Positions 55,319-64,000 of a DNA stretch of 64,000 nt are shown here, piece after piece (position 1 is the stretch's first letter; the number at the start of each line of letters is the position of its first letter). The position numbers were made by a program, and so were the translations under genes. The stretch comes from an uncultured delta proteobacterium (GTDB taxonomy: Bacteria > Myxococcota > Myxococcia > Myxococcales > Myxococcaceae), in assembly GCA_963713045.1 (NCBI GenBank), contig CAVQKE010000001.1, positions 544,001 to 608,000 of the forward strand, given 5' to 3'. The notes below the pieces were generated by a model, which had not been told where the DNA came from, did no database searches, and saw nothing but the letters and a program-made list of their open reading frames with translations.

Positions 55319-57157
55319 ATGGTCGGAAATTTCCCCGACGTCTCCTTCCCGGACCTCATTCAGTTTTACTGCATGAGCAAGAAGACGGTGGCCATCCGCA
55401 TCTCCACGCCGGACCTCCCGGAGGGCCGCGGAGAATTCTTCGTGGCGGACGGAGAGCTTCTCGACGCCCGCTTTGGCGAGCGGGTGGGCGTGGACGCTCT
55501 CTACCGGGCGTTGCACATCCGCAACGGCTCCTTTGAGGTGGAGGTGGACGTGCGGCCCCCCATGCGCCGCATTCACGTCCCCCTCAACGAGGCGCTGCTG
55601 CAGGGCGTTCAGGCTCTGGACGAGGGGACGCCGCGGCCCAGCGCCTTTCGGGACAGCCCGGGGTGGGACCAAGTCCTTCCGGTGGAGCCTCCCTTGGGGC
55701 GGCTCTGCGCGGAGTGCGGAACCTGGCACACCGAGGACGCCTTCTGCCCGGAGCCCGCCACCCAGCCGGGGCACACCGCGGCGGCGCTGCTGCCGTCCCC
55801 TGCCGAGGAGGCAACCAGCGCCCTGAACGAAGCGGAGGCCGAGGCCGCCGGGGACTCCCGCCGGAAGATGACGGGGCTGGCCATCCTGGCGGGGATTCCG
55901 CTGCTGGGCATCGGCGCCCTCGTCCTGCTGTTCCTCCTCAAGCCGAAGGACGTCCCGGCCACGGCTCCGGAGGTCACCGAGGCCGTCGCCCGACGCTCCG
56001 CCGCGGCACCGGCCGTCGGGCCACCAGTTGCTGCCTTGCCGCCGGTGCAGGGCGTGACCGCGGACAGCGTCGTCTTCGGACTGGCCGCCCCCTTCACCGG
56101 CCCCTCCAAGGAGCTCGGCCGACAAATGCGGGTGGGCCTCGAGGCAGCCTTCGCCCAGGCCAACGAGGCGGGCGGCGTTTTTGGCCGCAAGCTGACGGTG
56201 ATGCCTGAGGACGACGGGCTCGACCCAGCACGGACCCCGGCCGCGCTGCGGGCGCTGTGGGAGAAGCGAAAGGTCTTTGCGCTGGTCGGCAACGTGGGCG
56301 CGGCCAATGCGTTGGCGTCGGTGCCCTTCGCCTTGGAACATCGGGTGCTGTTGCTGGGCGCTTTCAGCGGGGCGCAGGTGCTGAGGCGCGATCCGCCAGA
56401 CCGTTATGTCTTCAACCTTCGCGCCAGCGACGCCGAAGAAGCGGTGGCCACTGCGCGCTTCCTGGTGCGCCGGGGCGTCCGCCCGGAACAGCTTGCCCTC
56501 TTCGGCGAGGAGGGTCCGGCCAGCGAAGCCGCCTACCAGGGGCTGCTGAAGCTCCTGCGGCGGGAATACAAGCTGACGACGCTGCTGCGTGTCAGCTACC
56601 CCCGAAATACCCTCGACGTGGAAGACGCAGTCCAGCGCATTCGCAGCCACGTCCCTGCAATCCGGGCGGTGGTGATGGTGGCCAGCTATCGGGCCGCGGC
56701 CCGCTTCATCACCCGCCTCAAAGCGGTCTCTCCGGGCATCGCCTTGGCCTCCGTCTCCAGCGTTGGGGCCACGGCATTGGCCGAGGAGCTACAGCAGCTC
56801 AGCCCTGGCATGGGCGAGGGAGTCCTCGTCACCCAGGTGGTACCGCCGGTGGACTCGGGCGCCTCCGCGGTGCTGGGTTACAAGAAGCAGCTTGAGCGGA
56901 CGGCCCCCGACGAACGCCCGGACAGCGTTTCCTTCGAGGGGTACCTGGTGGGCCGCCTCCTGGTGGAGGGCCTGCAGCGGGCCGGCGCGGAACTGAACAA
57001 TGAAAAGCTGGTGGACGCGCTCGAATCCATTCGGGAGCTGGACCTGGGCACCGGGAACAAGCTGTCCTTCGGCCCTTCCGAGCACCAGGCCAGCCACCGC
57101 GTCTGGGGGACGCTGCTCGACGCCCGCGGCCACTACCAGGTGATTGACCTGGAGTGA
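55319..57157 (+). CDS. DUF4388(PATAN)-Zn-ribbon-TM-type I periplasmic ligand-binding domain fusion
   Basis: GGAG RBS + ATG55319; GNFPDVSFPDLIQF...GEFFVADGELLDA...GSF; CAECGTWH...C; TM; GVTADSVVFG...ANEAGGVFGRKL...DDG...FNLRAS...HQASHRVW. Confidence 0.82.
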   Translation: MVGNFPDVSFPDLIQFYCMSKKTVAIRISTPDLPEGRGEFFVADGELLDARFGERVGVDALYRALHIRNGSFEVEVDVRPPMRRIHVPLNEALLQGVQALDEGTPRPSAFRDSPGWDQVLPVEPPLGRLCAECGTWHTEDAFCPEPATQPGHTAAALLPSPAEEATSALNEAEAEAAGDSRRKMTGLAILAGIPLLGIGALVLLFLLKPKDVPATAPEVTEAVARRSAAAPAVGPPVAALPPVQGVTADSVVFGLAAPFTGPSKELGRQMRVGLEAAFAQANEAGGVFGRKLTVMPEDDGLDPARTPAALRALWEKRKVFALVGNVGAANALASVPFALEHRVLLLGAFSGAQVLRRDPPDRYVFNLRASDAEEAVATARFLVRRGVRPEQLALFGEEGPASEAAYQGLLKLLRREYKLTTLLRVSYPRNTLDVEDAVQRIRSHVPAIRAVVMVASYRAAARFITRLKAVSPGIALASVSSVGATALAEELQQLSPGMGEGVLVTQVVPPVDSGASAVLGYKKQLERTAPDERPDSVSFEGYLVGRLLVEGLQRAGAELNNEKLVDALESIRELDLGTGNKLSFGPSEHQASHRVWGTLLDARGHYQVIDLE

Positions 57158-57287
57158 CCCGCGGGGTGGATGCGGCGCGTCACTTTTCAACGTTGGCTGA
57201 TGGGTAGGATGAGTGGGCGGAACGGGTTGTCGCCCGTCGCGCAGACGGGTATGGGCATAGCCCATGAGAGCGCATTCGAGGCGAGAG

Positions 57288-59069
57288 ATGGCAATGCAAG
57301 AGGGCGAGGACAGCGCGGCCCCCACGCGCAACCCGGCGCTGCTGAGCTGGGTGCGCGACATGGCGACCCTGTGCAAGCCGGACCGGGTGGTGTGGTGCGA
57401 TGGTTCCGAGGAAGAGCGCCGCCGCCTCACCGACTATGCGGTGGAGAAGGGGGTGCTCATCCCGCTCAATCAGCAGAAGCGCCCCGGGTGCTACCTTCAC
57501 CGAAGCAACCCCAACGACGTGGCGCGCGTCGAGCACCTGACCTTCATCTGTACCCCGACCAGGGAAGAGGCCGGAGCGACCAACAACTGGATGGCCCCGG
57601 CGGAGACCTACGACAAGCTGAGCAAACTTTTCGATGGCTCGATGCGGGGCCGCACCATGTACGTGCTGCCCTACGTGATGGGGCCCATCGGCTCGCCCCT
57701 TGCCAAAGTGGGCGTTGAGCTGACCGACAGCGTCTACGTGGCGCTCAACATGCGCATCATGACGCGCCTCGGAACGCAGGCGCTCGCGCTTTTGGGAAAC
57801 CAGGCAGACTTCAACCGTGGCCTGCACTGCACTGGCGACGTCAATCCAGAACGCCGCTTCATCTGCCACTTTCCCCAAGACAACACCATCTGGAGCTTCG
57901 GCTCAGGCTATGGAGGGAACGCCCTCCTCGGCAAGAAGTGCTTGGCGCTGCGCATCGCCAGCTACTTGGGAAAATCCGAAGGCTGGCTCGCCGAGCACAT
58001 GCTCATCCTCGGCGTGGAGAGTCCGGACGGGCAGACCACCTACGTCGCCGGCGCCTTCCCCTCCGCCTGTGGGAAGACAAACTTCGCGATGCTCATTCCG
58101 CCGAAGCGCTTCGCCGGCTGGAAAGTCTGGACGGTGGGAGACGACATCGCCTGGATGCGGGTCGGCAAAGACGGCCGGCTGTGGGCCGTCAATCCGGAGA
58201 ATGGCTACTTCGGTGTGGCGCCAGGCACCAACTTCTCCAGCAACCCCAACGCCATGGCCACCATTGCCAAGGACACCATCTTCACCAACGTGGCAATGAC
58301 CAAGGACGGGGACGTGTGGTGGGAGGGGATGGACGGGCCAGTGCCGGACGAACTCATCGACTGGCAGGGTCGGCCGTGGAAGAAGGGCAGTCCGGAGAAG
58401 GCGGCCCACCCCAACAGCCGTTTCACCGCGCCGATGGTGAACAACCCGGTGCTGTCGCGAGCGGTGAATGACCCCGACGGCGTCCCCATCTCAGCCATCG
58501 TCTTCGGCGGTCGGCGAGCCACCACGGTGCCGCTGGTGTTGCAGAGCTTCAACTGGGGACACGGCGTGTTTCTCGGTGCGACGCTTGGCTCAGAGACGAC
58601 GGCCGCCGCCACCGGCAAGGTGGGCGTGGTGCGCCGGGACCCGATGGCGATGCTTCCCTTCTGCGGGTACAACATGGGCGACTACCTGCAGCACTGGCTG
58701 CAGATTCAGAGCAAAATCGCCTACCCGCCGAAGATTTTTCAGGTCAATTGGTTCCGCAAAGGCAAGGACGGCAAATTCCTCTGGCCGGGCTTCGGCGAGA
58801 ACATGCGGGTGCTGAAGTGGATTGTCGACCGCTCCCACGTCCGGGTCGGCGGCCAGGAGACGCTGCTCGGCTGGGTGCCCAAAGCTGGCGACTTGGACCT
58901 CTCCGGCCTGGACATCCCCCCCGAATTGGTCGACGAGGCGACCAGCATCAACACCGCCGAGTGGAAGGAAGAGTTGCAGAGTCAAGGAGAGTTTTTCGAG
59001 CTGCTCGGCAAGCATGCGCCAGAGGCCCTCCAGCTGCAGCGCAAGTTGCTGCTGGCGCGCTTGTCCTGA
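57288..59069 (+). CDS. pckG: Phosphoenolpyruvate carboxykinase (GTP)
   Basis: [44 protein letters not shown]. Confidence 0.97.
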   Translation: MAMQEGEDSAAPTRNPALLSWVRDMATLCKPDRVVWCDGSEEERRRLTDYAVEKGVLIPLNQQKRPGCYLHRSNPNDVARVEHLTFICTPTREEAGATNNWMAPAETYDKLSKLFDGSMRGRTMYVLPYVMGPIGSPLAKVGVELTDSVYVALNMRIMTRLGTQALALLGNQADFNRGLHCTGDVNPERRFICHFPQDNTIWSFGSGYGGNALLGKKCLALRIASYLGKSEGWLAEHMLILGVESPDGQTTYVAGAFPSACGKTNFAMLIPPKRFAGWKVWTVGDDIAWMRVGKDGRLWAVNPENGYFGVAPGTNFSSNPNAMATIAKDTIFTNVAMTKDGDVWWEGMDGPVPDELIDWQGRPWKKGSPEKAAHPNSRFTAPMVNNPVLSRAVNDPDGVPISAIVFGGRRATTVPLVLQSFNWGHGVFLGATLGSETTAAATGKVGVVRRDPMAMLPFCGYNMGDYLQHWLQIQSKIAYPPKIFQVNWFRKGKDGKFLWPGFGENMRVLKWIVDRSHVRVGGQETLLGWVPKAGDLDLSGLDIPPELVDEATSINTAEWKEELQSQGEFFELLGKHAPEALQLQRKLLLARLS

Positions 59070-59115
59070 GCAGGAGCGTTCTCTCGCACGTCGTCCGTCA
59101 CGAGACAGTCCCCCC

Positions 59116-59694
59116 GTGTCCATCCGGCTCGTCCGCGGCGTGCTGCTTGCGTTTGCCCTGGGCTGCGCGCAGCCAGGGCCGCTTCCGCCTCCACCTGCTG
59201 CCCAGCCGGCGCACCGCACGGGCCCCAGCGCGGAGCTCGAGCGGCGCTACGCCGGCACCTACGTCTTCGCCGGAGGGGACGCCGAGCGCCGCGCAGTCTC
59301 CGCCGCCGTCGAGCACGCCATCACCGGAATGTCCTTCCTGGCCAAGCCCGTCGCCCGGGCCAGTCTCAAGCAGCGGGCCGAGGTGAGGGACTCCTACAGC
59401 CTTTCCTTTGATGGGCTCGGCAATGTCGAAATCACCAGCCCCGGCTTCCCGGTGGAAGCCGGGCCCCTGGACGGCAAGCCGGTCCCGCTCGAAAACAAGT
59501 CTGGGGACCAAAGCCAGGTGACGTTTGGCTTCGTCGAGGGAGTGCTTTTGGAAAAAGGACACAGCGAGGAAGGCGGCGGGGAAACGGACTTCCGGCTGGC
59601 GGACGATGGCGCAACGCTGCTGGTCCGCCGGGTCATGCAAAGCGGGCAGCTGAGCGCGCCAGTCGACTACAGCCTCACCTACCGACGCCAATGA
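59116..59694 (+). CDS. Uncharacterised lipoprotein
   Basis: GTG59116; lipobox ALGC; paralogous to the next gene. Confidence 0.7.
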   Translation: MSIRLVRGVLLAFALGCAQPGPLPPPPAAQPAHRTGPSAELERRYAGTYVFAGGDAERRAVSAAVEHAITGMSFLAKPVARASLKQRAEVRDSYSLSFDGLGNVEITSPGFPVEAGPLDGKPVPLENKSGDQSQVTFGFVEGVLLEKGHSEEGGGETDFRLADDGATLLVRRVMQSGQLSAPVDYSLTYRRQ

Positions 59695-60296
59695 GACGAC
59701 GCCACCACCAAGGCTGGCTTCTTCTACTGGCGGGGGTCCTCCTCGTCCTTCACGCCGAGGCAGGCAGCCCGGAGGACGAGGCCCTCAGCCAGCGCTACAC
59801 CGGCCTGTGGCGCTTCGCCGGCGGCTCCTCGGAGCGCGCCGCCATCCCCCCGGCCGTGGAGCGGTCGGTGGATGGCATGTTCTTCATCTCCCGCGGCATC
59901 GCCTACGACAGGTTGATGAAGGTGTGCGAGGTGTGCAGCAGCTATACGCTGGCCTTCGGCCACGGCCAGGTGACGGTCGCCGGTCCGTGCCAGCTTCCGG
60001 ACGTCAGCCCGCAGGACGGCAGCGAGGTCGACCACAAGACCAAGTACGGGGATGCGAGCAAGCTCAGCCAGCGCTTCCTCGACGGCGCCCTGGTGCAGGA
60101 CTTTCGCGGGGAGGAGGGCGCCCGGCGGGTGGTGTGGACACTGCAGCCGGACCAGGTGAGCCTCTCGGTGCACGTCACCATCACCAGCAAGCACCTGCCC
60201 CATCCGGTCGACTACACCCTCAGCTACCACCGCGTGCCGGCTGCGCCCTCGGCCTCCGCAGCAGGCCTGCTGGACGCCGGACCCCCGGGTCCTTGA
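59691..60296 (+). CDS. Uncharacterised exported protein, paralogue of 59116-59694
   Basis: ATGA overlap; signal peptide; YTGLWRFAGG...PVDYTLSYHR versus YAGTYVFAGG...PVDYSLTYRR. Confidence 0.72.
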   Translation: MRRRHHQGWLLLLAGVLLVLHAEAGSPEDEALSQRYTGLWRFAGGSSERAAIPPAVERSVDGMFFISRGIAYDRLMKVCEVCSSYTLAFGHGQVTVAGPCQLPDVSPQDGSEVDHKTKYGDASKLSQRFLDGALVQDFRGEEGARRVVWTLQPDQVSLSVHVTITSKHLPHPVDYTLSYHRVPAAPSASAAGLLDAGPPGP

Positions 60297-60318
60297 CGCC
60301 TGCGGCGCGTCGGAAGGG

Positions 60319-62952
60319 TTGCGCGGCCTGGTGGCACCTCTCCAGGAAAGGCCTGGGCTTCACTCGAGGAGGCAGGCCTCACGGACGGGGCGGTGGAGCC
60401 TCTGCGCACTGTGCGCTGGGGCGCTCCTCTTCGGCGGCCCGGTGCGGGCCCAGGACGTCATCCCCCCGGCCAAGCCTCCCCCGCAGCTCACCAAGCCTCC
60501 TGGCCTAGAGCACTTCGTCGAAGCGGTCTACCCGGAGGCGGCACGGGCCAGTGGCCTCCAGGCCCGGGTCCTGCTGGAGGTCGACATTTCCGCCACCGGC
60601 GAGGTGACGCATGCCACCGTCCTCACCCCGGCCGGCCACGGCTTCGATGAAGCGGCGCTGGCGGCCGTCCAGCAGTTTCACTTCACTCCGGCTGAGGTGG
60701 ACGGCAAGCCCGCCGCAGTGCGCATCAACTACGTCTACCACTTCGTCCTCACCACCGTCGTCAAGGAGTTGCCCCAGCAAGGAGCGGTCAACCTGGCGGG
60801 GACGGTTCTCGAGCGGGGGACGCGGCGGCCGCTGGCCGGCGTGGAAGTGGCGTTGCCCTACGTCGGCCGCACCGCCGTCACCGACGCAACCGGCGCCTTC
60901 TCCTTCCAGGGCCTCCCTTTGGGAAAGCAGAAGCTGGTGGTGGTGGTCAGCGGCTACCAAAAATTCGAAACAGCGGAGAGCATCGTCGAAGGCAAGGTGA
61001 CGCACGTCACCTGCTACCTTCTCAAGTCCTTTTTCAGTCCGTACGAGACGGTGGTTCGGGCCAACCGCGAGCCGACGACAGAGACGGAGTATTCGCTTTC
61101 GCTCGCAGAAGTGGAGCGCATTCCTGGCACCTACGGGGACGCGCTGAAGGCCGTGCAAAACCTTCCCGGCGTGGCACGCGCCCCCTTCAACGGGGGACTC
61201 ATCGCCATTCGCGGGACGAGCCCCCAGGACTCCGGCATCTTCCTGGACGGCGAGCGGCTTCCCCTCCTCTTTCACTTCGGTGGGCTGACGGCCGTCTACA
61301 ACAGCGAGATGTTGGCGTCGGTGGACTACTTCCCCGGCAACTTCGGCCCCTATTACGGAGACATTCTCGGAGGCGTGGTCGACGTGAAGAGTCGCGACCC
61401 GAAGACCGATGGCTTTCACGGGGTGGTGGATGTCAACGTCATCGACGCGAGCGCCGTCCTGGAGGGCCCCTTGGGGCCCAATTTCAGCCTTGCCGTCGCG
61501 GGACGCCGCTCCTACATCGACGCCTTCTTGCCGCTGTTCACCTCGGGCAGCTCCACCACCTACAACGTGGCTCCCGTCTTCGACGACGCGCAGTTGAAGC
61601 TGGTGTGGAAGCCCGACCAGAAGAGCACGGTCAGTCTGTTGGCGCTGCAGAGCCAGGACGCCTTCAAGCTGGTGGTGGGCAGTACCCCGTCCAACAACCC
61701 GACGCTCGGTCGCACCTTCGTCGACGAGACCGGCTTCTGGCAATTGCGCCTGCGCTACACCTACCTCGACGGGCCGGTGCGCTGGGACACCATCGCCCTC
61801 GTCGGTCAGACGAACATCCAGCTGCAGATTGGGGCCACCGAGGGCCTCCAGGCGGATTCCGTCCCCTACGCGCTGCGCAGCACCCTGGAGGTGGCGGTGC
61901 TGCCAAGCCTGACCTTGGCTGGAGTGCTGGACTATGGAAACCAACCGACAGAGTTAAACGTTGCCCTTCCGGAGCCCCCGCAGGAGGGCCAGCCCCCGGG
62001 CGGTCCGCTCAACCCGATTCTCTATTTTCAGACCCACACCTGGCAGAGCGACCTCGGGCTGTGGGTGGAGGCCCGCTGGCGGCCAGTCCCCAATGTCCTC
62101 ATCCTGCCTGGGCTGCGCGTCGACCAGACCCTGTGGAAGTTTCAGCCGCAGCCCAGCTGGACGGCGGACCCTCGGCTGGTGGTGCGCTGGACGGTGGCGC
62201 CCCCCCTCGTCCTCAAGGCCGGCCTCGGCCTGTACCATGAAGCGCCGACCCTATCGACGGGCCAAATCGTCCCCGTGTACGGCAATCCCAGCCTCACCAG
62301 CCAGAGGAGTCTGCAAAGTAGTCTCGGCTTCGAGTGGACGGTCCGTCCCGGCCTGTTGGCCACCTTCGAGGCCTTCTACGACCGGCTGAACAATCTCGTC
62401 TCGCCGGCGCCGGCGCCGGAGAATTTGGCCAACACCGGCATCGGGCGCATCTGGGGCTTTGAAATTTTCGTCCGCCAGGCCCTGACCAACCGTCTCTTCG
62501 GCTGGCTGAGTTACAGCTTTTCCAAGAGTCAGCGACTGGACGCCACCGGCGACCCCTGGCGGCCGTTCGCCTATGACCAGACCAATGTCCTGACCGCCAT
62601 TCTCAGCTACCAGCTGGGGGCTGGCTGGGAGGTGGGGGCCCGCTACCGGTACGCGACCGGCAACCCCTACACCCCGGTGGTGGGAGCGGTGAAGGACGAC
62701 AACACCGATACCTTCGTCCCCATCTACGGAGCACTCAACTCGGCGCGTTTGCCCAATTTCATGCAGCTGGACATCCGGGTGGACAAAATCTGGGTCTTTA
62801 ACACCTGGTCGTTGGACCTTTACCTGGACGTGCAGAATGTCACCGACACCCGGGAGGTGGAGGGCGTCACCTACAGCTTCAACTATGCCCAGCGGGTCTT
62901 CTTCGTCGGCCTCCCCATCATCCCGGTCCTGGGCGTGAAGGCGGTTTGGTGA
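60319..62952 (+). CDS. TonB C-terminal domain::carboxypeptidase-regulatory-like::TonB-dependent receptor fusion (start uncertain)
   Basis: YPEAAR...FDEAALAAVQQFHFTPA (TonB-C); GTVLERGTRRPLAG; plug PGTYGDALKAVQNLPGV; barrel ending LGVKAVW. Confidence 0.9.
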   Translation: MRGLVAPLQERPGLHSRRQASRTGRWSLCALCAGALLFGGPVRAQDVIPPAKPPPQLTKPPGLEHFVEAVYPEAARASGLQARVLLEVDISATGEVTHATVLTPAGHGFDEAALAAVQQFHFTPAEVDGKPAAVRINYVYHFVLTTVVKELPQQGAVNLAGTVLERGTRRPLAGVEVALPYVGRTAVTDATGAFSFQGLPLGKQKLVVVVSGYQKFETAESIVEGKVTHVTCYLLKSFFSPYETVVRANREPTTETEYSLSLAEVERIPGTYGDALKAVQNLPGVARAPFNGGLIAIRGTSPQDSGIFLDGERLPLLFHFGGLTAVYNSEMLASVDYFPGNFGPYYGDILGGVVDVKSRDPKTDGFHGVVDVNVIDASAVLEGPLGPNFSLAVAGRRSYIDAFLPLFTSGSSTTYNVAPVFDDAQLKLVWKPDQKSTVSLLALQSQDAFKLVVGSTPSNNPTLGRTFVDETGFWQLRLRYTYLDGPVRWDTIALVGQTNIQLQIGATEGLQADSVPYALRSTLEVAVLPSLTLAGVLDYGNQPTELNVALPEPPQEGQPPGGPLNPILYFQTHTWQSDLGLWVEARWRPVPNVLILPGLRVDQTLWKFQPQPSWTADPRLVVRWTVAPPLVLKAGLGLYHEAPTLSTGQIVPVYGNPSLTSQRSLQSSLGFEWTVRPGLLATFEAFYDRLNNLVSPAPAPENLANTGIGRIWGFEIFVRQALTNRLFGWLSYSFSKSQRLDATGDPWRPFAYDQTNVLTAILSYQLGAGWEVGARYRYATGNPYTPVVGAVKDDNTDTFVPIYGALNSARLPNFMQLDIRVDKIWVFNTWSLDLYLDVQNVTDTREVEGVTYSFNYAQRVFFVGLPIIPVLGVKAVW

Positions 62953-63839
62953 TGGCCCGCGCGGCGCTGTGGACACTCGCTGTTTTCGCACTGGGGTGTG
63001 AGCCTCCGGTGGTTTCCCAAACCGAGTTGCTCACCACGCGCGTCCTGGCCATTCGTGCGGACCCGCCGGAATTGGTGGTCCCGCCCGACGGCGGGCTGCC
63101 TCCTCCGGTGCACTTCAGCGTGCTGTCTTTCGCACCGGCCGGCGCTGTGCCTTCGGTGACACTGGCCCTGTGCGTGGCAGGTGACCCCTATGGCCCCGAC
63201 AGCGGGTGCCCCGGCCCCAACGGCATTCCGCTGCCAGGCGACACCTTGGACGTCGCCAACCCGGAGATTGAGGCCCTCCTCCTCGCCCTGGACGGCGGAC
63301 TGCCGACAAGCGGACTGCCACCGACTGAGCCCGGCGTCTTCCAGGTGGCCATCGGCTATTTCGCGACGACGGGTGGCACCGCCCCCGGAGACAGCGAGGT
63401 CGGTGTCTACCGCTTGGGCGTGCGGTTTTCCGGAAGGCCCAACCACAACCCCCAGCTGCTGGCGGTGGGCGTCTCGGACGGTGGCAGCCCGCTGGCGGGC
63501 GCCGCGCTGCCTCAGGGACAGAATGTCACCCTCACCCCAGCCATTCCCGACGGAGGCCCGAACCCCGCCTGGCCCAGTGTTGGCATCGACGGCGGCGTTG
63601 AAACCTACCTCGGCATCGACGGTGGCACCTTTTACGAGACGCTCTTCTTCAGCTGGTACGCGACCGCCCCCACCGTCAATGACTTGTTTTCCAATGAGCC
63701 AACGCCGACGGACATGGCGGAGACGCCGTCCAGTCAATTCAATGGGACTTCCGTCGGGCCGGTGACGTTTTACGTCGTGCTGCGCGATGGCCGTGGCGGG
63801 ACGGACTGGATGGTGCTGGATGCTGGCGTCGTCCCGTAA
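62952..63839 (+). CDS. Lipoprotein co-transcribed with the TBDR
   Basis: TGATG coupling; lipobox ALGC; RVLAIRADPP, NHNP, FSWYAT, VVLRDGRGG. Confidence 0.82.
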   Translation: MARAALWTLAVFALGCEPPVVSQTELLTTRVLAIRADPPELVVPPDGGLPPPVHFSVLSFAPAGAVPSVTLALCVAGDPYGPDSGCPGPNGIPLPGDTLDVANPEIEALLLALDGGLPTSGLPPTEPGVFQVAIGYFATTGGTAPGDSEVGVYRLGVRFSGRPNHNPQLLAVGVSDGGSPLAGAALPQGQNVTLTPAIPDGGPNPAWPSVGIDGGVETYLGIDGGTFYETLFFSWYATAPTVNDLFSNEPTPTDMAETPSSQFNGTSVGPVTFYVVLRDGRGGTDWMVLDAGVVP

Positions 63840-63848
63840 GGCCTCCAG

Positions 63849-64000
63849 TCAGACCCCGGCTGACGACTGCTGCGGCGGGAGCAGCCGGGCCAGCGTCGCG
63901 GCCAGCCGCTGCACGCCGGTGGCGAAGCGGGCCTCCTCGGGGAGGAGGGAAAGCACCAGGAAGCGGCCGCGGGGAAAGTCATAAAAGTGGCCAGGCTGCA
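63849..64000 (-). CDS. C-terminus of probable PLP-dependent (class I/II) aminotransferase, truncated by window
   Basis: Translated by hand: QPGHFYDFPRGRFLVLSLLPEEARFATGVQRL...SAGV*; PGxFYDF...LVLSLL resembles this family's C-terminus. Confidence 0.55.
   Translation of the reverse strand, partial: QPGHFYDFPRGRFLVLSLLPEEARFATGVQRLAATLARLLPPQQSSAGV

Noticed and set aside
1..64000. tRNA, rRNA, transposase, integrase, prophage or defence genes
   Set aside because: No supporting motifs seen, and nearly all sequence is accounted for by the listed CDSs.

Overview
High-GC bacterial DNA, very probably from a myxobacterium (Myxococcota). The signs are a MYXO-CTERM sorting signal, Glt/Agl-type envelope genes, eukaryote-like Ser/Thr kinases, and DUF4388 and TonB-TBDR fusion proteins. 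The first ~24 kb is an envelope and adhesion island. It opens with the 3' part of an mts-like cell-cohesion operon (mtsC end, two VWA + thrombospondin-3-repeat lipoproteins, mtsF-like) and several uncharacterised lipoproteins. An inserted GMC oxidoreductase/Tat-subunit pair follows, then a paralogous Glt-like trans-envelope operon (GltF-, GltG-, GltA/B/H-, GltC- and GltD-like, plus lipoproteins and a TPR protein) with no motor genes. The rest is mostly housekeeping and signalling: a kinase-PEGA-lipoprotein module, aat, an NqrB/RnfD-like::DUF2330 fusion, MOSC, purSQL, CorC/HlyC, NfeD/SPFH, glgA, pdxH, hemG/Y, gluQ, RegB/RegA, miaE, an MHS transporter, a DUF4388::periplasmic-binding-protein fusion, GTP-PEPCK and a TonB::TBDR operon. 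Three clear single-base frameshifts (PEGA gene, purL, metallophosphoesterase) and a possible fourth (regA end) suggest assembly indel errors. I found no rRNA, tRNA, CRISPR array or mobile element. All family calls come from motif recognition by eye, not database searches.
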